Below, piece after piece: positions 25,401 to 43,900 of a stretch of 64,000 nucleotides of DNA; within the stretch, counting starts at the first letter, position 1, and each line of letters begins with the position of its first letter. The notes beneath the pieces were generated by a model that worked only from the letters and a program-made list of their open reading frames with translations, was not told where the DNA came from and ran no database searches. Origin of the DNA: Stylophora pistillata (lineage: Eukaryota). Made by a program: the position numbers and the translations under genes. Location: the NCBI RefSeq assembly GCF_002571385.2, contig NW_019218088.1, positions 215,218 to 279,217 of the forward strand, given 5' to 3'.

Positions 25401-28400
25401 TGCGTCTATAGAAATCTCGAGCTTGGAATCAAATTGTAAAATAGAGAAGTATGTGGCGTAGAGATCGAAACAAAACTCAGGCTGGTCCACTCAATACTTA
25501 CAGGGCTCTGAAACTTCGTAACGTGCTTTAAATCCTTTTTTCGTTCCAAGGGCAAATGACGTGGAGGAAAACGTAACCCTCATGTGATTTCCTGTCGAAT
25601 AAAGATCTACTAGATTCTCCAACGTGTGATATCCACAATAGAAAACAAGCTCTTTACTCGAAGAGTCCTTCCCGTCACGAATCTCCACGAAGTCTTCTTC
25701 CTCAGAAACATCTCTACAGTGGGTGAAGCGTGTTCCGAGGTCATAGTCTTGGAACGTCAACTTCACTATTTTTCCAGAGGGAACGGAGATCACCCAGATG
25801 CACTTGGAATCACTTGGATATGGATATGGATAATAAGGACTGAATATTGTTCCAGAAGGGCCACTGAGCTGCATGACATCATTATTTGAGCCTCCAGATG
25901 TTTTCCGACATACTCCAGCGGCTTCCTCTGTTAGGAGTGAATTGAACATTTTCATTAAAATCCTCGTTTTTTATGTACATTGCGGTTTATCTGGGAATGT
26001 TCAATTTACCTGTCACTTAAAATTTATATAAGAAAATATCTGATTTTGGATTGAAATCGGAACCACGGCCTCTTAAGTCAGTTACGATCAGATGTTCAAG
26101 GGCTCTCTCCCCATGGCACCGCGGCACACTGGCCTGTGTGATTGTTTTTAACTTTTTTATTATAAGACAACTTGGTTTTGACAGCCTGAAATAACGCCAC
26201 CTTAACATCCCTAGTCACCATAAAGTTGCCACGTTTTATTTATTCATTTATTACAATTTATGGCTTACAAAAAAACAGAATTTCTGCTTCTGTTTCTGTT
26301 TCTGTTTCTAAAGATTTGTACATTGTACAGGTGGAAGAACAATAGGACACGTAGTCCCCTACTAAACCCAACCCACCCATCCCACCCCGGGGAAGGACAT
26401 CCATCACACAGTAATCTCGTGCGTGCGAAATTAACCTCTCCTACCCCTCCTGCAGGAGACGGGACCTCCATTTATTCGTCCCTATCCGAAAAGACTAGAA
26501 TATCTAGCCATTTCTTGATGTTATACAAAGGTAGCATATTCTTCTCAATTATTTTAAGACCTTGAGTGCTGGTCCGGCCGGGGCTCGAACCCTCGACCTC
26601 CCGCACAACAGTCCAGCGCTCTATCCATTGAGCTAACTGGGAGGCGGTCTAAAGAAGCCAAAGGGATAAAATGCAAAAGAGTATTGGACCCCATATCAGA
26701 GCAGATCACCCATGGTACTAGAATGAAAATAATGATGCAAATTAAAATATGGTAATAATAAATATACATATTAAACAATAAATACACTAAAAGAATGAAC
26801 TAGTCCATGGAAAACTTTCTAAGACTTTAAAAGAATTTACACCTGTTGCCTCACGAATACAAAGGGGAAGGGAGTTCCATGTTACTACAACTCTGTGAAA
26901 ATAACTATATTTAAGAACATTCGTTCTTGCGTGCCTCATCTTTAGAGTTGTCTTATCGTTGTGTCTAAATGAATAGTGATCAGTACCCTAATAGAAATCT
27001 ACATGAGGTCCAACATCAAAATCAATTATTCTGTGGAGAGCTTTGTAGGTGCAGACATCTGATCACTGTGTGGGGGGGGGGGGGGTACCCTACTATCTTC
27101 TAAGTTAAATTTAGCCAATTTACTGTTCACTTCTTACACCAAGAGTACTTTTTGTAACATTATTCTTTAAATTTTAGTCTGTTTAAAAACCCACATGCTG
27201 GTCAAATTATGGACAATTATGGCCATTTTACTGTTTATTTCTTACACCAAGTATTTTCTAAACAGCAGTTTTCAACTCTTACTTGGTTGAAAAGGCTTAT
27301 GCACAAACAATGTTATAAATTACCTTTCAAAACAGCTGAAACACTCAAACTGAAACGCTCCCTTCTTTTAATATTGTCAGACAATAACTTGACATACAGG
27401 TGATGCCCAGTTGAATAAATAACCTCAGGATGCACTTTTCCACAGAAGAACCCAAGGAAATTAGACCCAGTGCTGTTACCATCATAAAAGCTCAACTTGT
27501 CGTCAAAACAAGATCCAAAGGAATTCTGTCCAACTTGAAAGTCATTAAATGTCACCTTAACTATGTAACCAGGGTAGTTAGCTTGAAACAGCCATGAACA
27601 TTCCAAGTTAAAATTGTAATTAGATGGATAGCCAGGACTTGTGACAGTTTTATTGTACCATTTAGAGACAAAAATTTCTTGTGGAAGAAATGAACAACCT
27701 AAAGTTTAAGGAAATCATATTAAAATGAGTATATACAAACAAACAAACAAAACAAACAAAAAAGAAAACAAAGCAAAATGAAAATCTTGTTTCATTTCAT
27801 TTTTTCTTTTCATCTGGCAATGGAGAAAATCAAAACTTCAAAATAGAGGAGGTAAGTTTCTAAAGAAACTGTAGTGGTGTTACTTCCTAGGAATGTAGGG
27901 TCAAGGGGATCCTGTCACTGAACAGGTTCCCCCTTTCACGACCAGAAAACTAGAGTGAAGTTGCATATTTTAGCGCATTTTTGGGGATTTGGGAGGGTAA
28001 GAAAATTCTGGTAATTAGGAATATACAAATGGCCTTCTTAAAAGGCTCTGTGAGGTGGATGCATTAACAGAAAGTAACCAAGCTGAGATCATGAAAATTG
28101 CATTTGCCCAAAAGTGACTATGATGAGGTTTAATTGGCCACTGAATTTATTATAATAGGATGGGGGCTTTGGGATTTTTGGTTTTGACTGTTTTTTTAAT
28201 CAGTTTTTCGGTTTTTGGGCCAAAAAGGTCCGGTTTTTCGCTTTTGATGTTCAGAGCGGTTTGCAGATTTTACGTGTTTTTGCATTCGGTTTTCACGAAA
28301 ACTCTGATGTGGTTTTCAGTTTTTCCTTTTTGACCCCTTTAAAGGTGAAAATGTAGCAGTTTTGCCAGGTTTGCATGTGGTTTTCAGTTTTGCTGCCTTT

Positions 28401-29744
28401 TTTTGTCGGTTTTTTCCTCCGGTTTTGTGGTTTCCCAGAGGCCCCAATGCCCCCCTCTAATAAAATGGGGGTTTTAAGAAGCCAGCACCACATACCAAGC
28501 AAGTAAGTAAATATTTGTTTGACCTTCAGGAGCTTTGTAAGTTGATTTCCTTTATTTTTGTGTCCTTTAAGTGTCAAGTATTCAAGGGTGATACTGTGCA
28601 GAGAAACAATATCTTAGTCATTCAAAGTGGTAAAAGGGTATAAAAGTTTTGTTAACTTACCTTGTCCAAAGGCAGTTTCTGAAGCCCAGGAAGCTAATAC
28701 AAGACCTATGATCAAAATTTATGTGAAAGTTGTTAATATGAGAAGAGTATCAAATTAAATTCACAATGTTTAGGAGAATTGCAAACCCTAGGTTTTAGAA
28801 TATATCAACAAAGTTGAAATGGTAAATTGGTCACCGTAACGATTACAAAAGCTGACATTTCGAGCGTTAGCCCATAGCGTCGGAGCGAATAGAGGAATTG
28901 TGGGTTGTGTGTGCTTTTAAAGGCAGAAAATGGAGCTACGTTATTGGTGGGAACATGGCAACGAGAAAAACATGAATAAATTAGTGGAATAAAAGATTGC
29001 CATATGTTGCTTCCTGGCATAGCTCCTAGGTTTTTGAGACTTGTTTAACAGAAAACCAAACAGTTTGAGGGACTACACCAGATAGGAAAATGTACTTAAC
29101 TGACCTTTTTCAACAGCTTAAATTTGGAACTATGCTCTTTAATTAGGTACAACTGCCTAGAGGGAAACATTTAAGTTTAACTAGTAACCAACTTTTCCCT
29201 CTGATTAATCCACTAATTAGCTAACTCCCCACCACCCCCATCTCTACCCATATAGAACAATAGACTTGGTTAAATCTACGTGTTACATTGGTCTTGAATG
29301 GTTTGACAAAACGAGGGTAGAAACGAGCTTTAGAGTACGTTTACAAATTAAACGAGATCTCAACTGAGGTGACGTACGTGACCAATATCAGACACAGACT
29401 TTGTAAATTCGTAAGGTTTGAATGCAAATTCGATCGATGTCACACCGAAATCAAGAACAACAAATCAAGAACCGAAAAATCAACAAATCAAGAACCGAAA
29501 TCGATGAAAAATTTAGATACCAGTATAATGCTCTCCTCTCACTACCTCGACGGGTAAAAGCTATACCTTCCTTTAAAAGTAATTCAGTGACGGAGCTGCA
29601 CCACTGATGTTCATCTTCGAGTTGTACGCACCGTAACTTAGTCCATCGTTTCACACCTAAATTTAGGAACTCCCCCAAGAAAGATCGTACAAATATAAAC
29701 ATACGAGATCTACCTAAAATGTTGAGGCCTGATCCAGGTGCCAT
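22461..29744 (-). CDS. Type I membrane protein: signal peptide + 3 CUB domains + TM + Pro/Tyr-rich cytoplasmic tail (~580 aa)
   Basis: Exons 29714-29744, 28661-28705, 27324-27698, 25502-25927, 24144-24548, 22461-22924. All introns are GT-AG phase 1 and the frame is open. N-terminus MAPGSGLNILGLVLASWASETAFGQGC; TM VFAIVFSVVFVICTCGLVCVL then KCRKTRR. The last codons are obscured by gap 22474-22493. Confidence 0.88.
23437..23937. mobile_element. MITE with ~180-bp TIRs, CA...TG ends and a 7-bp TSD (P-superfamily-like)
   Basis: CACCCGATTCGCCTTTAATCTACCG...CGGTAGATTAAAGGCGAATCGGGTG; CTCTACG at 23430-23436 and 23938-23944. Confidence 0.85.
24726..24840 (-). pseudogene. Truncated pseudo-exon (5' part of CUB-C) inside intron 4 of the intact gene
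   Basis: SATF*KKKCYIGNVNNEKLSLTGTKGT*ASPKEVSSY with the acceptor retained; 24784-24819 is identical to 18071-18106. Confidence 0.8.
26230..26648 (-). mobile_element. tRNA-derived SINE; related copy at ~38790-39110
   Basis: Head agttagctcaatggatagagcgc...gggttcgagcccc, SINE core shared with 20430-20815, and a (TAAA)-like tail. Confidence 0.75.
28801..28890 (-). mobile_element. Penelope-like element terminal fragment (minimal hammerhead-type motif, degenerate)
   Basis: Inverted copy of 30011-30093; related motifs at 5314-5352, 15776-15812 and 21381-21419. Confidence 0.55.
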
Positions 29745-30010
29745 GAACCATCCGGTGAACAGAGATTACGAAGTAACCAGATATTATAATTCTTCATGTA
29801 AATAACCGCATCAAGGCGAGGGTGGAATCATGGGAACTTTGGGTTCTCTTGTACAAGAGATCACATGATCCCCAGCAAATTATCTGAATGGTTGGGGTGC
29901 TTACAGGGGAAGCGTCAAAATAAGTCGACGTTGAAAGGGAAAAAAAGGAAGTCTGATATACGACGTTAACTTGGTTTGGACTGGTTAGGAAAGAAAGCCG
30001 AATCACGCCC

Positions 30011-30093
30011 TTCGCTCCGACGAAGGACTAACGCTCGAAACGTCAGCTTTTGTAATCGTTACGGCGGCCTACCGCTTCAACTTTGTTGATATA
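30011..30093 (+). mobile_element. Penelope-like element terminal fragment (minimal hammerhead-type motif)
   Basis: ctCCGACGAaggactaacgctcGAAACGTCagc matches the CUGANGA...GAAACGUC layout with a U4C change. Confidence 0.55.
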
Positions 30094-30533
30094 TCCAAAT
30101 TACTTCACTGAAGAGTGTTGCGTGACGAGCAGCCTACAAGCGTGACCCGCCTAGGGACATGGGGCAAAAGTGATCAAAAATTGCAATGTTTGGGACTTTT
30201 CTTAAGCTCGCTTTCGCCCTATGCCCCGCAGTAATGCAGTGACGAGATAGACACAGTACAGCTTCCATTAACCACTTATTATTCCTGGTCATGATCCTTT
30301 TTGAGATCAGATAACTAATCAATATATTATTTTTTCATCCTAAAGGGGACAGAAAAATAAGCATATCTTACACTGATAACAGGGGCACTGAGAGGGCTGT
30401 GTCAAGAAAAAAACGAATTCCTCTTGCCATAAATATGCAGGAAGCAAAGCAAGCCATTGACGATTATCTAACCTTTACAAGCAAAGTATGCAAGACTTGC
30501 CCTTTCACTCCCAGAAGAATGAACAAGTAACTT

Positions 30534-30775
30534 CAGGGTTGCCACTCATTAGAACCCAAAAAATTCCCTGACTTTTCCCTGACCTCAAAAGATTTTTCAC
30601 TGATCTTGAATTAAATTAATTATCAAACAGGCCAAATCCACTTTTACGTTTCTCCACCACTTTTAAGCTTTCTATCTGATTTGCTACACTCAGTCGGCTA
30701 CTTCACAAACCTTTGTGGAACCCTCAAAACAAAATTCCCTGACTTTTCACTGACTTTGACAAGAACTAAGATTTT

Positions 30776-30806
<31 letters not shown>
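30534..30806. mobile_element. hAT-like MITE with a 5-bp TSD, nested in a piggyBac-type MITE
   Basis: TIR CAGGGTTGCCAC / GTGGCAACCCTG; AACTT at 30529-30533 and 30807-30811; internal ttccctgact repeats. Confidence 0.75.
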
Positions 30807-31446
30807 AACTTCTTCCCATAATATCTATGCATTTTCCAACAAACAGGTATTAACAATACTCAAACTTATCAGATTGGAGTTGTCATCTTGATCTAACACC
30901 AAACTCTTGTAACTAATTTACAAGGAAATCTGTATCGGCTAGAGGGGAGAAATTACAATCACATCTTGGGGGTTAAAGAGAAAGACAGAATCTGAGATCC
31001 AGTTAGATCATACAGTCCTGCTAATGTTCTCAACTTTTAACAAGTTTATTTAGTTTTACTCGCAAGATGATCAGCCTTGACTGAAGGTATTAAAATGTTA
31101 CAACAGTTAAGACTGATTATCTTGATCCAACAACTGTAGATATCAGTGTTGTTAAATACTTGTAGCTACTGAGAGTTCCCTCTGAATGTTATAAATTACC
31201 ATAAAAGTGTGATCAATCACAACTTTGACAAGAGGAGCTGAACAGAAATAGTAAAATGTAAATGATCACGATTAAGACAATGCCAAATCCTGCATTTTTT
31301 TTTCTTTCAGTCTAGCTGATTAATTAAAGTATTCAATCACTGGTGTTGTACGATGATGATGATAAACTTCTTTGAATGGAAAGACAACATTCTGTACACT
31401 TTAAAACATTTTTTTTTTTTACATCTGCTGCCATCAGAACAGAGGT

Positions 31447-37045
<5,599 letters not shown>

Positions 37046-38354
37046 TGTTCTGATGTTGGACACACGGTAATGGCAAGGCTGTAATCCAAGGATTGGCGAT
37101 TAGAAATAAGTTTGACAACAGATTTTGTGTTTGTTTTACGCGGTGAACGACCATGAAGAATCGTGGTGCATTGTGGACTTTTGCGCTTCCCGCGTCAATG
37201 AGAGAAGACTGGGGTTACCTAAACTATTTTCTATCCCAGACTCTTATCATTTTCACAATATTCAAGACGAACCTTTGTTTTTTTCCCTTTGTTAAAGGAA
37301 AAAGTGTTTTTCTAGGTTGCTTTATAATTTTGTGTTAAGCTTTGATTGTTTCATGCCTAACTTTGTGCCAGAAATTTCGATAAGTGTAACGAGATCGCCA
37401 TCAACTCATCGGTACGTCTGACTGATTACAAAAAAGACGTGAAATGCGTTTATAAAATAAGTTCCAATTATCTTAATTTGAAACCGCTTGCTATTTTTAT
37501 TTGTAATCTTGTGAAATAATTTGTATCTTCATCAAAACAAAATAGGTTAATTTGGACAGGAAACACTTGCATTGTGACACCTTTCGTTAATCCACCTGAA
37601 GTAATTCAATCAATTAGGTCCTTTAAGGGTCGAAAATGAAATTATTTTCAAGCACTTAACAGGAGTTTGATCAATCCTGCTTTAGTAGCACCAAGATCGC
37701 AGTACTTGACCAGAGGAGACCGACCCTGGAGGCGAGAGACCAAGACTTATCCCAGACTCCCTGATCCCGGCCTGGCACGCATGCACTGAACTTAAGTCAG
37801 CAGCTTTGTGAAGGAGTTGTGCCAGGGTCTGATTCTCCTCAAATAACCTCGGTCGCTTGAAGATCTTGTGGGTGAGAGAGGGTGTGTTTTGCGCTTTTCA
37901 CTTGAAATAGTTTTCATTTACCAAAAGTGCGTTTTTTATGCCCTGCCCATGGTGGCCTCAGGAAGGAAATTCTGGAGATTCATTCCATAACTGACCTCAT
38001 ACGTTACCAGCGGAAACTATCACAGACATAATTAATTTATTTTCAAATAAGTATCTTTGATTCTGTTTCGGTATGTATACCTCATATCATGATCCTAGCA
38101 CTTGAGCGAAGTTTAGCCGGATGGTAAAAAGTGATAGGTTCTCAAACCGCGGAAATGTATCTGTGTGTTGACGCGCCCTGAATGTAATTTTAAAGAGTCT
38201 CTGTCATCATATAATGAGTCAATATTTGCTCCAGATGTTGAAAAATTATCTGCAAATCAGAGCCGGAATCGCACGATCTTTATCAAAAGGAAGCATGGTA
38301 GTCCCGCATGGCAATTGACTGAAAAACAAGAAAGAGGTAACGAAAGTTATATAA

Positions 38355-38629
38355 GCTTCGGTGAATATTGTCGAATAATCCCTTCGACTTCGTCTCGGGG
38401 ATTATTCGACGATATTCACCTCACCTTCGGTGAATAATTGTTTTAGTATAATTTCAGAGCTGAACAACAGATAAATTTCTAAAATCATAACATTTTAGTA
38501 AAATTTATTACATTTTGTTTTAATATTTTATATAAACCGCGTGGAGCGGTTTATATAGCGTCATATAAGGAACCGCTCGACCAATCAGATTGCTGGAAAC
38601 TCTTTGCTCAGCTCTGAAATTATACTAAA
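38355..38629. mobile_element. Hairpin-ended repeat, inverted copy of 9280-9575
   Basis: Direct sequence similarity. Confidence 0.7.
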
Positions 38630-40809
38630 GGATTATATACAAAAAGCTTGGCTTGGTTAGCTCATGTTGTAGAGTACTGAACTGCGCGTGCCAAAGAACC
38701 CTTCAAAAGTTTTGGGACATTCGACCAAGGTCTGCGCTTGTTTCCTAAGGTTTGTGAATCTTAAAAATTTAATTAATTTATTTATTTACCTATTTTCGAT
38801 ATTTAGACAGGCTGGCAAAGTTCAGCTTAAAAGCTGGTTTATATAGGGAACCTGTCTACACAACAACAAGGCCAGACTCCTACACCGGAAGATACATTCC
38901 ATTCTTATCGCGAGAAGTACACGAGCTCTGCTTTAACGTCCCCTACTAACCAGTGCCAATAAGATGCAGGAGATATGCATATGACCTACGATTTATCGTC
39001 CTTATCCGAGACTAAACGTCAAAGTAAAGGCAGCTCATTCCCCGCAGTTATATAGAGACTCTGAGTGTTGGTCCGGTCTGGGCCCGGCTTAGACCCTCGG
39101 CCACCCGCTTTTTTTTCGACCATTTGCAATTTCAGCAGTGTCCTTTGTGCCCACAACCGACCGATTAACGCGATTCTTGACATTGAACAGGTGGGTACTT
39201 GTTTAATAGCATATAATTTCACTAACCACAATACGGACCAAACAGTTTGTGAAAAAGATAACAAGACTTGATATTTCGTTCATATCCACCAAAACGAGAG
39301 GACGTTGATGTGTCGCCCTCCCCCCTTAAAATATTAATTATGTTTCGGGGGGGGATGTGCATTTGACAGATCACTTGCATGAGGTTCTTGAAGGAGCAAG
39401 GTCACGCAGTTCGATCCGATGTGCTGATTAAATTTCCCCTTAACAAATTAAAGCTATATCATAACAAGATAAGGATAAATTTTGAACTGACCACAGATAG
39501 TAATTTTTGATTAGCATAATATTGTCTCCATTATTTATATCAGCTCGCATACCACTCTTGGCAGTCCAATCATGCACCATACGCCCTCCAGACCTAGCTT
39601 ATCTAGCTTCGCCCTAAATTTATTTCCTGTGGAAAATGCGAAAAACGTTTTAGTGATCAAAATAAGTTGCATGTATTTCAGTATTGAATGCAGGCTGCTG
39701 CATCCGGCGGAAAAGATACAGTTTTAGTAGACATACGGCGAACTTGGCGGAACTGAATGAATATCACGGAAATCGACAAAATAGCGCTAGCTTGCGTCCG
39801 ATTCCTTCACTTCGCATCAGCTTCTCTTTTTTATCATGTCTATCCTCTACATATTTTGGTACGTATATACCAAGCTTAGCACGTGGACAGATGTATCTCA
39901 ACTGGGATTACGCTTTCATGTAGAGGCGTGCTTGCCTTCTCAGGAGATGGTAAACTACCTGCACCCTTAGATTTTTTATTTACCAGCACTTGACCTCATG
40001 TAAGCCAACGATTACATGCGTAGAATTTTAACTTTTAATTACGCATATAGTTTGCTTATCACAATGTCGTTCCGCCCAAATCCTCAATGATATTTGCTTA
40101 AAAAGTCACTTAATCTTCTAACTTGAAGTTTATTTCATTTGAATGACATAGGATCATCATGAATATATATAGATGACCCCATTCGCGCCTTCTCTACGCC
40201 ATGTTTCCGATCAGGTGGTAATGAAAGCGGAAGAATCCCATTAAACTCTGCTCCCTGAGAAATAAAACCGATAAGAGAAATATCTTACAGCTTGGTCATG
40301 GGAAAGGAGCGACTTTAGCTTTGTTAATTGTATTACTGATAATAATATAACAATTTTTTCTTCCGGTCTGTGGGAGAGAGTAAATGCTCAATGTTGATAC
40401 CAATGAAAAGGAACAGGCAAATAAACTGAGCATGAAGCGAAGAAATGCAGCTACCCATACGAAACGTGGCAGTGCGAATTTGAATTTTTGTATGTGATAA
40501 AACTGGGCAGGAGGTTTCAAGAGGATGTTTGCTTCATTTCATTTCTTTTGTCTCTCGATCGCGAGGGCGTAAAATAGTGGGGGGGGGGGGCGGCGGCGGA
40601 TATGAAATCTTTTTGCAATCTGAAGGTGTCTTTCATTGTCATATCTAAAATAAATTTACCACTGTAGCCGATAGACTCCATTGTCGGACTCACGGAACAT
40701 CTGAAAAAAAAAAAACCGAGCGAAACTTTAGAACGATAGGGGTGGCAAGCGGCAAGCGTGATCGGAATATGGAATTTCTTTTTCTTTTTTTTTTTTTTTT
40801 TGTAGCACT

Positions 40810-40945
40810 TAAGCAGACGATCTGGTGCAAAACCGCACATTCTGGTACTTCCGTTTGCGTGGGCACAACTTTTTCCCAGAAGACCTAGAAGAGACATAAC
40901 TGCCCTTGCTGTTCGTCTGAAGTCTCAACGTTTTCCTCTCCGGAG
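40810..40945 (+). other. Candidate non-coding first exon of the FGF gene
   Basis: Strong donor GAG|GTAAGA at 40946 downstream of a GC-box-like tract; acceptor-like ctcacag at 49098-49104 just before the FGF ATG. No transcript evidence. Confidence 0.3.
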
Positions 40946-43900
40946 GTAAGATAATTCAATAATTTTATCATCGTTTTGGGAGGTTTTCTCTTCTTTATCA
41001 AATCAGGGCCGAGAATTGAACCCGTGGTACATTTTCTCCTGGCACCATAAACGGTAAAGATAGGATGTGTGGGTATCCATCTGCTCAGATCAATTACCGC
41101 TATACTCTAATTTGAATGTATAAAAGTGAAAGTACCACTGCTCACTATATCTATGTACCGAAACCATTAAGACCATTAAGCGCAAGGAAACACAGTATGT
41201 GCGATCCATTATTCATTCCAATGGTCTAGACAAATTTTCTTGAGGCTTAATCGGAGAATCGAGTGAGCGAAAATATCGATCAATGGAAATCTAAACTGTT
41301 TGTGTGGTACTAACGGTAAAATATGATAATTAGTCAAAGCTGAAGCTATTGTAGTTGTAAATTTGTTGAAGCCCGGAGAAATATTATTTACGACTAAAAA
41401 ACAAAATCATTAATTGGCTGAAGTAAGGCGTAGAGGCTCAAGGTCCACGTGCTTACTCCCAGATATGATTCCAATATAAATTCTCATAATGCTATCAATG
41501 CGTTATCCAGCAAACAGGTGATGAGAATTTACAAACTTAAATTATCAGCTGAAAGCTGGCGTCTGGATAGAATATAATAAACTCTCAAACGACTGATGTG
41601 CGACAGCTAGGTAGAGTAGAAGTTAAGATAAAGAGTTGGAACCGAAAATATTTTGAATCCCTTGACCCGGTAGAGGGTTATTTGAATGAATTTTACCTCC
41701 TGGTTTGATAACCATTGCAAAATATTGAACGCAAGCCAAAATAGCTGGAAAAAGCTCGCTTTCCTGCGAGGCTTATGTCCATCAAATTCAACCCCCTTCC
41801 CTCCCCTCTCCCAACAAAAAAATAGGAATCGAGCAAACTCCTGAAGCGCTTTCAGATTCCGTTGACTTTACATAATGTTTAAATTTAATTCATTTTGTAA
41901 TTTTACCGCGCATATATCTTAAGAATTGAATTTCACAAACGTTCAAGTTCTCATTAGATCAGCATAACTTCGTTGAGTGGGTTTTGACTTGGACTATGCC
42001 CGGAAGCGCCAGTGCTCACTGATCAACAAGTTCGAGGATCCACGCAAATGTGTGCCGTGTGTGATTCAGCTGATCTACAAAGTCATGAGACACACGGATA
42101 TTCTAGAACTTTGGAACACTGCCTAAAAGTTCACTTTATTTTCTTTTTTAACGTCCGATTTTTGACGTCTTATCAACTGGAGCTGTCAAGTCGAGGGGAA
42201 ACTTAGCGGGTTTTTTTTTTCCATTTTTCTTTTCACTTCCAAGGTGTCACCAAATGTGACGGAAATTTTAGTGTTTTAATCTTCAGACGCGAATCCCTGA
42301 ATAAACACATCGTCACTTCGAAAGGAAATTAAGATCGTAACTTAATACCTGCGCCCATAAACACGCAGGAAACGATCGATTGTCGACAGACCTAGTATAC
42401 TTGCTTCAACAGGAAAATAAATCGCAAAAACGTGGTTTTAAACTAGTTCTTCTGAGTGATAAAACGTGCTGGATCACGGGTTTACCGGCAAGTGCGCGAT
42501 AATCGATTCAAAACCATAGAAAGTCAATGACCCTTCTTAAAAAAGGTGAGTTTAATTTGGTTATATTTGTTTCCTTAGATGAGGAGGAATACTCGTCAAA
42601 TTGAATTACCGTAAGAGCTAGATGTCGGGCTTATGTAATTTGTTTCGATTTTATCTCGTTTAATATGTCTGAGTAGATGCTGAATGGTTCGTGTCTGTGG
42701 ACTAGATATGAACACAACTAAATTAGCTCCCAGTATCTTACAAGATACCGTCAACTTAGTATTGTTTATTGTTCTGCTAATTTTGTATTGTCGCCGTTCC
42801 ATTTATAAGATTTTTGTCACAAGTAACGCACTTGGGAAGTGTTCCAAATCACACTTTTCTCCAAATTTTTACTATGTACTAAGCTATTTTCAGTGCCTAG
42901 GAAATTCGTCAGCAGTTCGTTTATATGAAGACAAAATTTATTGCATAGTTTATTCGACCTGTTAAATTGACTCGCTCATTATGTTAAATATAAAATACAT
43001 TTTTACCAAAGATACATGTACAAACAGCGATAATATATCGATACACTCAAATATCGGCTCAACTATTATATTTTCTGGGGGACAAGGTTAGACCTAATAT
43101 ACTGATACAATTTATATATTTTTGACGGATTATTCCTTGGCGATCGATCTTTTCCGCTCTGCTTCTGATGATTCAAGCCACTGTTTTGAATGAGCTTGAA
43201 CATGTCCAATTTCCTTCGTCTAAGTTCCCGAAGCCGCGATATCAAGAAAAATTGCGACGCACATCGAAAGAACCTCAGCAAGTCAAGTGACCGTTACAAG
43301 TCGCCATCATTCTGGTCTAAAATACTGTTATGAGATCCATTTGGGAGTGTTGGAACCTTGTAGACTAGAACTGCAGACCAATCCTGCCAAGGAGTACGTA
43401 TGTACAAGAGTAACTTGGCACACAGAAACCGTCACTAAACTTTTTCTCTGATATTACATGAGAGGGCAAATATTTGCCCGCGGCTAACACCTCCGGTTAA
43501 AAATATGTTCCACGCCATCTCGCGGATCGAATTTCTTTCCCTTTTTTCGTGTTATCACGAGCGCCATTACATTCTTCACTTCTGTGGTAAGCAACATGTC
43601 GAATAAGTAACATGGTACTGAAAAACAAATAAAGAGAAAACCAAAACAATGAAGATTTTTATAATGGCCAGGCTTTCAAACAACGATCGATATTCGATCT
43701 GATCTCTTGCATCAAAAGACACGTGCTAATTGATATGATTTGCCGCAACAAAAGACAGTAGTTTGTAGGAAATCACAATAACGTCAATGACAGGTAGCGT
43801 TGACAGCTAATAGGGCTACTCATTTCATCAGACATCTGTCAACAACTTGATTTGTGAGCACCTTTTGCGACAAAAAATTTACCCTCCAACTGAACGCGGT

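Noticed and set aside
26570-26648. tRNA gene (also ~20740-20810, ~34640-34705)
   Set aside because: A/B boxes run into shared SINE bodies; no convincing cloverleaf or terminator.
22461-29744. Calling the gene tolloid/BMP1, cubilin or neuropilin
   Set aside because: No astacin, EGF, FA58C or MAM exons; the architecture is only CUBx3-TM-tail.
29451-29744. 97-aa single-exon ORF
   Set aside because: Only the first 31 nt are supported as coding (donor site and paralogous exon); the rest is intron read-through.
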